The translations under genes were made by a program, and so were the position numbers. This document shows, piece after piece, positions 17,910-25,970 of a DNA stretch of 64,000 bases. How positions within the stretch are numbered: position 1 is the stretch's first letter; each line of letters begins with the position of its first letter. The stretch is from a virus, in IMG/VR virus record IMGVR_UViG_3300014350_000112, positions 721-64,720 of that record; one strand, written 5' to 3'. The notes under the pieces are model-generated. The model did no database searches and was not told the origin of the DNA. It worked only from the letters and a program-made list of their open reading frames with translations.

Positions 17910-18977
17910 ATGTTTAAAATAGATAAGTTGAGGGAGTTTCTACCCAAGAAACATACAATTGTAAATAAGTTGAATAATGTCGTGGAATCTGTATATGACG
18001 TTGTTACTGTAGAGCCTATACCGTGGAATCCTAGGGCATCTGGATTACCATTGTGTATTCCATATGAATTATACAACTTCTTAAATAAGAAAACTAAAGA
18101 AATAGATTATCCTTTTAGTTTCTATACTAGAGTTGGAACAGCAATTCACGATGCTTTACAATACAATTTTCCAAAATCTAAGCACGGATCAAAAGTTTTT
18201 GGTAATTGGCGTTGTAGCAGGTATAAAGACGATAAAAATCCATGCGATTACACTAAAAATCGGTCAACTCTTCCGGGGAAAAGATGTCCGAAGTGTAAAA
18301 AAGGAGAACTTTTGTATGAAGAGTTAAATTTATCTTATAAATCGAAAAAAGACCCTAATGCTGCTATTACTGGTCATTGTGATTTAGTTTCATGTTTTAA
18401 TGGTGCTAAGGGCAAAAATTATGTGGTGTGGGAGTTTAAATCTACATCAGATTGGAATGTGAATAATCCAAACAAATTTTTACCATACGACAAGCATCTT
18501 TTTCAGGCATGGTCATATGCAGTAATGTTAACGGATATGGGATTTCGCCCAAAATATATAGCTATTGGATATTTTTCTAGAGATAAAGCGCGCAAAGGTG
18601 TTGGCTCTAATAAAACTACCGATGGTATTAGGGTTCATTCTTCTAGAAAAGAAGCTGTTATATCTCACGTAGTTTATTTTAAAGTAACAGATAAGCGACT
18701 TAAATTAGCTCGTGATATTTTAGATTATACTGTAGATCAAGTATATTTAGCTAATAACGTAATGGCTAACGACAAAAACTCTGTAAAAAGTTTGAAAAAA
18801 ATTCATGCCGATAGACCTTGCCATACTGAGTCAGATTATAATGGTTATATGAAGCATCATTGGTTTTCAAATGAAAAGTGTGAATTTGCCAAGCCCGGAA
18901 GACTAGGTGGTTGTTTTACTTCAGATGCAGTTACTGGGTTATTTAAGAAAACAAAAAAATTGCTCGAACAAACTTAA
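17910..18977 (+). CDS. Cas4-like PD-(D/E)XK exonuclease
   Basis: SGLPLC, GTAIH, CPKC, GHCD, WEFKS, Q...Y, C-terminal Cys pair. Confidence 0.8.
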   Translation: MFKIDKLREFLPKKHTIVNKLNNVVESVYDVVTVEPIPWNPRASGLPLCIPYELYNFLNKKTKEIDYPFSFYTRVGTAIHDALQYNFPKSKHGSKVFGNWRCSRYKDDKNPCDYTKNRSTLPGKRCPKCKKGELLYEELNLSYKSKKDPNAAITGHCDLVSCFNGAKGKNYVVWEFKSTSDWNVNNPNKFLPYDKHLFQAWSYAVMLTDMGFRPKYIAIGYFSRDKARKGVGSNKTTDGIRVHSSRKEAVISHVVYFKVTDKRLKLARDILDYTVDQVYLANNVMANDKNSVKSLKKIHADRPCHTESDYNGYMKHHWFSNEKCEFAKPGRLGGCFTSDAVTGLFKKTKKLLEQT

Positions 18978-19007
18978 TTTTAAGTAGGAAACAGAGTAAT
19001 ATGTATT

Positions 19008-19643
19008 ATGAACAAATTAGACCCCAAACTAAACTTAGCTATAGCTAAAAGACTTTCTAAACATTTATCCGCAATACGGGCAGCCCATCGTAATATGATA
19101 AAAGTAACGGGGGCTACCGAAGGTAAGTCGCCTGTTCAATCTGCTATAATTAATGGTAATAAAAAATCTATCCTATGGTCTTTAGATGGCGTAGTTCCTA
19201 AAAAGCGTATTATAAAAAATAATACGTTAACCTTTAAAGAACTTTTTAAAGTTTCTTGGAGATCTCGTAAGATAAATGCTATACGAGATAAAGTTACTAT
19301 AGTAATGATGAAAATATCAAAAAAGAATCCTAATAAAATCAATTCAAGATCACTAACATATCAAAGAAAAGAAGGTAAATCAACTAAATATGATATAAGA
19401 TCCTATAAACACGTTTTAATTAAGCTTGAACCGGATAAAAAATTTACAGATAGCAAGGTTTTGTTTTCTTGTTCTTGTCCAGACCATATGTTTACTTGGG
19501 AATACGCTTTAACTAAGCGAGGTAATTCTCAAATTATTTTTAGTAATGGAGAACCGGCAGATTTACGTAATCCTAGAAATTCACCGGGTTTATGTAAACA
19601 TGGTATAGCTTTGTTTCGTGCTATATTAGCAGAAAAGAAATAG
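19008..19643 (+). CDS. SWIM-type zinc-finger protein
   Basis: FSCSCPDH...GLCKH (CxC...CxH). Confidence 0.7.
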   Translation: MNKLDPKLNLAIAKRLSKHLSAIRAAHRNMIKVTGATEGKSPVQSAIINGNKKSILWSLDGVVPKKRIIKNNTLTFKELFKVSWRSRKINAIRDKVTIVMMKISKKNPNKINSRSLTYQRKEGKSTKYDIRSYKHVLIKLEPDKKFTDSKVLFSCSCPDHMFTWEYALTKRGNSQIIFSNGEPADLRNPRNSPGLCKHGIALFRAILAEKK

Positions 19644-19645
19644 TC

Positions 19646-19984
19646 ATGTTTTCTTTTTTAGTTCCTGTTACTTTATATTGGTATGATGTTTTTGTTATAA
19701 TATTTACTTGTTTAGCACAAGTATTTGATTATAAAAGCACTAAAGCTGTTATATCGCTTGGCGGTAAAGAGAAGATACCATTCATTCGATGGTTAATGCA
19801 AAAACTGCCCAAGTATTGGTGGATACCTAAATACGTTATTGGTTCTGGCGTAGGAATTGGTATAATCTTTTACACCGATGGCTGGCCTAAATATGTGATA
19901 TTATTATGTTACAATCTCGCGTTTATCGGTGCAATAATAAACAACTACTTAGTTCTAAAAAGACTAAGAGAAAAAAGAAATTAA
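19646..19984 (+). CDS. Membrane protein, about 3 TM
   Basis: Hydrophobic segments; D..ST...I..GG.E pattern. Confidence 0.7.
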   Translation: MFSFLVPVTLYWYDVFVIIFTCLAQVFDYKSTKAVISLGGKEKIPFIRWLMQKLPKYWWIPKYVIGSGVGIGIIFYTDGWPKYVILLCYNLAFIGAIINNYLVLKRLREKRN

Positions 19985-19989
19985 CTATT

Positions 19990-20481
19990 ATGTTTAGTAA
20001 GGGGATGGGTCAATATTGCTCCAGCCGTAAATTACAGAAATTTTCGTATGTTGGAGTAGATTCTTCTAAAGATAAACACGCATATCTTATGCGGTGTTTT
20101 ATAAATAAAGACTTTTTAGAAAGTCAAATTAAATTTTTTCGATCTATTATAGATGAAAAGGTAGTAGAGGCCTGTGCATTTTCTTTAAGAAAAGATGATT
20201 CAAAAAATTTTTCATATAAAAGATTACAATCGGAGATATGGAATCTTCTAGCTAACGTAGATTTAGACGACAACGAAGATATTGAAAGACTTAAAGAATA
20301 CATTAAATTTCATTATTTACGCACATCAAGTAACATAGATAACATGGAATATGTTGCTTTTATTGTTTATAGCGATTGGGATAAAGAATTTGGCCTTGAA
20401 TTATTATGCTATGTAGCTGCTTTAAAAAAGATAAATCATTTCTTATTAAAAGTCAATGGTTCTTCTATAGGTAATGCTTAA
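19990..20481 (+). CDS. Hypothetical protein
   Basis: Start re-set to ATG 19990. Confidence 0.65.
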   Translation: MFSKGMGQYCSSRKLQKFSYVGVDSSKDKHAYLMRCFINKDFLESQIKFFRSIIDEKVVEACAFSLRKDDSKNFSYKRLQSEIWNLLANVDLDDNEDIERLKEYIKFHYLRTSSNIDNMEYVAFIVYSDWDKEFGLELLCYVAALKKINHFLLKVNGSSIGNA

Positions 20482-20510
20482 CCACAGTCTGTTTATATAA
20501 CAAATACGGT

Positions 20511-20552
20511 AAATCTAAGGGGTGCAATTTATAAATTGCACCCCTTAGATTT
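20511..20552. repeat. Perfect 42-bp palindrome
   Basis: AAATCTAAGGGGTGCAATTTA|TAAATTGCACCCCTTAGATTT. Confidence 0.9.
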
Positions 20553-20564
20553 TGGAATTAACAA

Positions 20565-21575
20565 ATGAAAATTTCAGAACACGATTTCCTCATAATTGAA
20601 TATGAAGATCGGTTACGGCTAGTGTTGGCGGAAGATAATAAAGGAAAAAGTTTTCGTTTACGAGATAAGCAGTCTATCCATTTTGACGACTACAATTCTG
20701 TAATAGAAGTTTCTGAAGAATCTTTAGTAGCTAACCTAGGAACAAATCCTAGACCCGGTAGAGCGTATGGGGTTGGGTGTGAACCTATTTTAAGGCACGT
20801 TAAAATTGATTATATTGGGGACGTTTTCTTCTTTAGAAGATTAAAGAAAGAAGAACGAAAAGGTCTTCTTAAAGCAATGGAAAAAGCGGCCAAGATTTTT
20901 AAGGATAATGAAATTTTTCCTTATAAGCCTTTTGTAACTTTTATTATGCCATATCGCAAATCAAAAATGTATTCTGGAACTTATCATTATTTTAAAACTG
21001 AAACTAGGCATGATGAATTAACATTGTTCGCTGATTCATATACTGATAAAGAAAGAGCTTTGTATATTGTGTTACATGAATTGGCTCATGGTATGTGGTT
21101 TTGGCGGTTAGATGAAGATATGAGGTCTGATTGGATTGAGGCTTATAATGAAAATCTTGATAAAATGAAATATGGAGGAAATAAACTTTCAGAAATTCGA
21201 AGTGAGCTTAAAAAAGCTGGCTCTATAGGAGTATATAGAAAAACAGCAGATGACGATGATAAGAGTGTGCTAGATGAGATTTTACGTTTTATAAAAAGGG
21301 TTTATAGATTAAATAATCATAATATAAATGAATTACTTTCAAATGGAAGACCAATTAAAGGTATATGGCCTTCTGATCCTGTGGAACTTTCTAAAAAAGC
21401 ACCTATTATTAGTGAATATGCTAATGAAAGTCCAGAAGAGTTTTTTGCAGAAGCTATGGCTTATCATTTATCAGGCATGAAAATGCCAAAATCTTTACGC
21501 AAACTTATAGAATCAACAATGGATCGTGCTAAAAATACTATAAACCCATTAGAAGAAAAACATAAGAAAGAATAA
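20565..21575 (+). CDS. Zincin-like metallopeptidase
   Basis: VLHELAHG (HExxH) and ISEYANESPEEFFAEAMA third-ligand motif. Confidence 0.75.
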   Translation: MKISEHDFLIIEYEDRLRLVLAEDNKGKSFRLRDKQSIHFDDYNSVIEVSEESLVANLGTNPRPGRAYGVGCEPILRHVKIDYIGDVFFFRRLKKEERKGLLKAMEKAAKIFKDNEIFPYKPFVTFIMPYRKSKMYSGTYHYFKTETRHDELTLFADSYTDKERALYIVLHELAHGMWFWRLDEDMRSDWIEAYNENLDKMKYGGNKLSEIRSELKKAGSIGVYRKTADDDDKSVLDEILRFIKRVYRLNNHNINELLSNGRPIKGIWPSDPVELSKKAPIISEYANESPEEFFAEAMAYHLSGMKMPKSLRKLIESTMDRAKNTINPLEEKHKKE

Positions 21576-21578
21576 GTC

Positions 21579-22106
21579 ATGGCGGAACTTATATTTGATT
21601 CAGTTAATGATATGTTTGCATTACAATACAAACTTAATGGTGTCGATGCTATCGTAAATCCTTGTAATTTAGTAGGTGCTGCTGGAAAGGGTTTATCTAA
21701 AGAATTTCAAAAAAGATACTCTAAAAATTATGCAGAATATTATAGAGCTTGTAAAGAACATTCTATAGGAATAGGAGAAAATCTTGTAGTTAAATTACAA
21801 GATAAGAGCAATTATTCTACTCCACGTTTTGTAATAAATTTAGCTACTAAAAATCATTATGCAGAAAATAGCAGAGCTTTGTTTGTGGAGCGTGGATTAA
21901 AATGTTTAGTAAAAAATATAAAAAAGTATGAAATTAAAACATTAATTATACCTCGTTTAGGTTGCGGGTTAGGTAATCTAAACTTCGATTTAACGGTTAG
22001 GCCGTTAATGGTTAGTTATCTTAAAGATCCCGACATTGATTGTAAAATTTATGTTTCAGCAGATTATAAGCCAACAAAAATTTTTAAACCAGTAGGATTT
22101 AGATAA
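21579..22106 (+). CDS. Macrodomain ADP-ribosylhydrolase (DarG/Poa1p-like)
   Basis: AIVNPCN..G..GKGL..EF..RY, INLATK.H, IPRLGCGLG.L. Confidence 0.88.
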   Translation: MAELIFDSVNDMFALQYKLNGVDAIVNPCNLVGAAGKGLSKEFQKRYSKNYAEYYRACKEHSIGIGENLVVKLQDKSNYSTPRFVINLATKNHYAENSRALFVERGLKCLVKNIKKYEIKTLIIPRLGCGLGNLNFDLTVRPLMVSYLKDPDIDCKIYVSADYKPTKIFKPVGFR

Positions 22107-22134
22107 CTAAAAACTTAATTTGGGTTGATAAATT

Positions 22135-23184
22135 ATGGACAGAAAACAGATTCTTGAATCTAAAGAATCTCTTAAAGAAAATTTATCAGGCGAGCAAATT
22201 GAGTTTATTTTAAATTCTTTGATTCATTCGCCAATTGAACAGCTTATGAAACATACTACTTTGGTAGAGGATACAATATCTGAAAGTTTACAACTTATTG
22301 TAGCTAATCAAAAACGTAAATTGGCGGTTATAGAAGGTAATGATTTAGTAAGTGCTATTTTTTCGATAATTATATCTAAAGATGTTAATTATAGAGCATC
22401 AGCTTTAAAAGAATTACAACTAGAACGCTCTGTATACTTTCGTATATTTAAGAACTTTGATGATGCTTTTAATGTCTATTGCGATAATTTACCTAAATAT
22501 TTTGAGGCCGTAGCATCTAAAGATTTTGAAGCCCAAGAACAATTTTACAGTGCTATGATTAAAGCACAAAAAGATCTTCGATTGATAAATAATACCTTAC
22601 CCTATCAAGAATTTCTTCTTATTAAAGAGAACATCACAAAAGCCTATCGTTTTCGATCTATGTTGATAGAAAAATACATACGTTTTGTTCATCAACGCGC
22701 CATTAAATTCCGTAAAGGAACTAGTTTGAATATAGATTTAGATGATCTTTTTAAAAATTTATTAGTTAGTATACCAAAAGCTATAGATAAATATAGAGCG
22801 GAAAAGGGTCCGCTAACCACTCATATAGAATGGTGGTTAAAAGACGCTATAACACAAAACGCATCTTCGCATGAATATGGTATAGCTTATCATATACCGT
22901 CTTCTAAAAGGCGAAAAATGCAAAAATCTAATGAAACTATACAAAACTTTTCTTCTGCTATTGATGATAATGTATTAGAAATGGAAGGAGAAGATTCTTT
23001 AGAAGAAAAAGTCCTTCAATCAAGTAACGATACAAGATTAGCGCGTATTGCTGCTGAAGCAGATAAGAAAAAAATGGGCTTTTTAGAATTAGGTTTTGTA
23101 TATGTTTTAAACCCAGTTGAAAAATTTCGTTTACGTAAAACTTTAATTAGGAAAACTAAAAATGAAAAAATTAGTTCTGTTTAA
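22135..23184 (+). CDS. Phage sigma70-family sigma factor
   Basis: Region-2-like LIEKYIRFV...DLDDL...AIDKY..EKG.LTTHIEWWLKDAI. Confidence 0.8.
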   Translation: MDRKQILESKESLKENLSGEQIEFILNSLIHSPIEQLMKHTTLVEDTISESLQLIVANQKRKLAVIEGNDLVSAIFSIIISKDVNYRASALKELQLERSVYFRIFKNFDDAFNVYCDNLPKYFEAVASKDFEAQEQFYSAMIKAQKDLRLINNTLPYQEFLLIKENITKAYRFRSMLIEKYIRFVHQRAIKFRKGTSLNIDLDDLFKNLLVSIPKAIDKYRAEKGPLTTHIEWWLKDAITQNASSHEYGIAYHIPSSKRRKMQKSNETIQNFSSAIDDNVLEMEGEDSLEEKVLQSSNDTRLARIAAEADKKKMGFLELGFVYVLNPVEKFRLRKTLIRKTKNEKISSV

Positions 23185-23821
23185 ACCAATTAAGAAACCG
23201 TCATATAAAATATTAATTGACGCTTATTCTTTAATGTGTAAATTTGGTGGTAATACAGGAGCCGATATTCATCGCTATATGGGCATTGGTTATACTCCAA
23301 ATAATGTAAAATATATTCAAGAAAATATATATCCGGCTAATATGCTTTTATTAGAAACTGCTTTAGAGAGAGCGGCTGCTGGAGTAAATCCTGCTAAGAA
23401 TAAAAAAGGGCAAATTATATATTATGTGGCGTATCCTTATCCAGAAACAATTAATTACGAAGCTTATAATGATGCCCTACTTGCTCTGTCTAGAGCTTGT
23501 TATAGTAGTGCTATAGGAAAAAAATTATACAGTAAATTTAAACTTATGAGGGGGTTAAGCGAGCTTCAACCTTTGGCTTATTTATCTCCAGTTTGTGATC
23601 GTAGAGATTGGTTACAACTTTTTTCTTTAGCTATATCTATATGTTATAAAGATGAAAATATAAACAGACAACATTACATTCAAACTCTTAAAAAGATTAA
23701 AGATAAAAATTTACGATCTTCTTTAAAAGATTTTGTATCTTCATTAGAAGATGTTTCAGTAAATACATCTAAAAAATTAAATGTTAACATTGATCCTTTT
23801 GCAGAACTTAAGGTAAGATAA
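23162..23821 (+). CDS. Hypothetical protein, 219 aa
   Basis: ORF in operon. Confidence 0.7.
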   Translation: MKKLVLFKPIKKPSYKILIDAYSLMCKFGGNTGADIHRYMGIGYTPNNVKYIQENIYPANMLLLETALERAAAGVNPAKNKKGQIIYYVAYPYPETINYEAYNDALLALSRACYSSAIGKKLYSKFKLMRGLSELQPLAYLSPVCDRRDWLQLFSLAISICYKDENINRQHYIQTLKKIKDKNLRSSLKDFVSSLEDVSVNTSKKLNVNIDPFAELKVR

Positions 23822-24135
23822 TGGAAACTCAATCAAACAACTTAATTTGGAATTGGGCTATACGGAGTATAAAATTTACAAAATTTGTTATAACCGTGTT
23901 GGCCTTTACTGTGGTGCTAACCGCTTTTGTATTAGTTTCCTTACCAGTATTAATTTATGGGGTTAGTGGGTTTATTGTTTTAGTTTTTGCCTCTGTAGTA
24001 TTATTTGGGCTATTTTGGTTATTACTTTTTCTATTAAGACAATTATTGCCTGAATTTAATGTCACTATTACAACTTTATTAGAACGTAATAAAACACATG
24101 AAGAAGGAACAACAAATTTTCCTTTTAAGGAATGA
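23821..24135 (+). CDS. Membrane protein, 2 TM
   Basis: Long hydrophobic stretch, residues about 22-75. Confidence 0.7.
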   Translation: METQSNNLIWNWAIRSIKFTKFVITVLAFTVVLTAFVLVSLPVLIYGVSGFIVLVFASVVLFGLFWLLLFLLRQLLPEFNVTITTLLERNKTHEEGTTNFPFKE

Positions 24136-24195
24136 TAGCTAATAACAAAACGGTAAAACTTATCCAGTTACTCTGAAATCTAAAGGAAATATACT

Positions 24196-25524
24196 ATGCA
24201 AAGTTGGGATAATGCTAAATCGTCTGGTGGGCGGGGGAAAACTCCCTACTTATCTGATATTGTAGAAGTTTTTGATTTTGGTAAAAAAGCAAAATTTCGT
24301 CGGATGCGTTTTATCGACGGTCTTGTAACATACTGGCAATATACTTTCCGTATTAAAACTAAGAACGGAACATCTAATATTACAAAGGTTGCTTTGTCGT
24401 TTGATCCTTCTTCTGGAGAATTTATAAAAAAGAAAGATCCTTACACCAAACTTGCTGCAAAATATGGTATTAGAGGTTCTCAAAAGTTTTTGTCGAATGT
24501 AATTGATCGACAGGAACAAGCAGATGCGCCAAATAAAAAAGGAAAGATGACTAAAAAAGAAGCTAAAACCGGATGTAAGGATTCTAAAGATTCTGACGCT
24601 TGGACTCCGGTTAAAGTTTTATCCTTTGGGCCGTCTGTTTTTAATCCCATCAAAGATTTAAACGCTGACAATGTTCATAAAGGGAAAAATTATCCTATAT
24701 CGCATCCTAAGTTTGGGTATGATGTAAAAATTAAATATGATGCTTCTAGTGCCCCCGCTACTATGTATAATACACAAAAAGAAGATGCCAGTAAGCTAAC
24801 TGAAGAAGAACTAGCTTACTTAAAATGGGATTTAGATGCTGCTCTTAAATCTATTATAGAAAGCCCGGAATTAGCGGCTGAAAATGCTAAAGATTTGGAA
24901 GGTAAATTAATAGATGAAAAAGGGAAAAAATTAAAACCCGTTGACTTGAAAGACGATGATGACGATGATATGCCTGATGATTTAGACGATGATGACGACG
25001 ACGATGACGATGATGAAAAACCTTCTAAGAAGAAAAAGAAGGTGGATAAAAAGAAGAAAAAAGACGACGACGATGACGATGATGACGACTTAGATGATTT
25101 AGACGATGATGATGACGATGATGATGATGACGACGACGATGACGACGATGAAAAACCTTCTAAGAAGAAAAAGAAGGTAGATAAAAAGAAAAAGAAGAAA
25201 GACGACGATGATGACGATGATGACGACTTAGATGATTTAGATGACGACGACGATGATGATGACGATGATTTAGATGACGACGATGACGACGATGAAAAAC
25301 CTTCTAAGAAGAAAAAGAAGGTAGATAAAAAGAAAAAGAAGAAGAAAGACGATGATGATGACGATGACGACGACGATAATGACGACTTAGATGATTTAGA
25401 TGACGACGACGATGATGATGATGATGAAAAACCTTCTAAGAAGAAAAAGAAGGTAGATAAAAAGAAAAAGAAGAAGAAAGATGACGATGATGACGATGAC
25501 GACGATGACGATGATGACGATTAA
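24196..25524 (+). CDS. Putative ssDNA-binding protein with extreme Asp/Lys block-repeat tail
   Basis: N-terminal domain and acidic tail as in phage SSBs (HP..GYD..I..D....TMY); position in replication cluster; AAGGAAA RBS; family call is an inference. Confidence 0.65.
   Translation: MQSWDNAKSSGGRGKTPYLSDIVEVFDFGKKAKFRRMRFIDGLVTYWQYTFRIKTKNGTSNITKVALSFDPSSGEFIKKKDPYTKLAAKYGIRGSQKFLSNVIDRQEQADAPNKKGKMTKKEAKTGCKDSKDSDAWTPVKVLSFGPSVFNPIKDLNADNVHKGKNYPISHPKFGYDVKIKYDASSAPATMYNTQKEDASKLTEEELAYLKWDLDAALKSIIESPELAAENAKDLEGKLIDEKGKKLKPVDLKDDDDDDMPDDLDDDDDDDDDDEKPSKKKKKVDKKKKKDDDDDDDDDLDDLDDDDDDDDDDDDDDDDEKPSKKKKKVDKKKKKKDDDDDDDDDLDDLDDDDDDDDDDLDDDDDDDEKPSKKKKKVDKKKKKKKDDDDDDDDDDNDDLDDLDDDDDDDDDEKPSKKKKKVDKKKKKKKDDDDDDDDDDDDDD
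24952..25521 (+). repeat. Four EKPSKKKKKVDKKKKK(K) units separated by poly-Asp tracts
   Basis: Direct repeats GAAAAACCTTCTAAGAAGAAAAAGAAGGT(G/A)GATAAAAAG and GAC/GAT runs. Confidence 0.95.
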
Positions 25525-25547
25525 TAAAGTTTAATATATTGTATTTA

Positions 25548-25583
25548 ATAAGGGCTGTGGCATATAACCACGGCCCTTTATTC
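25548..25583 (+). terminator. Intrinsic terminator
   Basis: AAGGGCTGTGG-catataa-CCACGGCCCTT followed by TATTCTC. Confidence 0.7.
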
Positions 25584-25604
25584 TCTTAAAAAGGAGATAA
25601 ATTA

Positions 25605-25970
25605 ATGTTTAATAAGTTTGATTTTAATGATCCAGAGTATTGCTGTAGTAACTGTAAATTTTTTTCCATTTCTGATCCCGGTGCGTCAGAAATATCTAAA
25701 TTGGATGCTTTAAGCGAATCTACTAGACAGGGACAACCTATAAATAAAGAAATTGGTTCCTGTTTAGAAAGTCCTCCAACTTTTAATATAATCAGTGTAG
25801 CTGTTAGAGGACCGGGCGGGGCAATTCAACCTATGGTTCAGCCTGTAATGGGTTTTCCTAGAGTGCATAAAAGTAGAAAATGTGGAAAATTTGAACCTAA
25901 ATCATTTAAGATAGATACTATTGACGGTAAAATACATATAGTAACTCAAAATGAGGAATATAATGACTAA
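25605..25970 (+). CDS. Cys-containing hypothetical protein, 121 aa
   Basis: AAGGAGA RBS; CCSNC...C...C. Confidence 0.7.
   Translation: MFNKFDFNDPEYCCSNCKFFSISDPGASEISKLDALSESTRQGQPINKEIGSCLESPPTFNIISVAVRGPGGAIQPMVQPVMGFPRVHKSRKCGKFEPKSFKIDTIDGKIHIVTQNEEYND

Noticed and set aside
24952-25521. Regularly spaced direct repeats resembling a CRISPR array
   Set aside because: Repeats are in frame in a CDS, the spacers are GAC/GAT microsatellite, there is no palindromic repeat, and the only cas-like gene is a stand-alone Cas4-like nuclease, which is common in phages.
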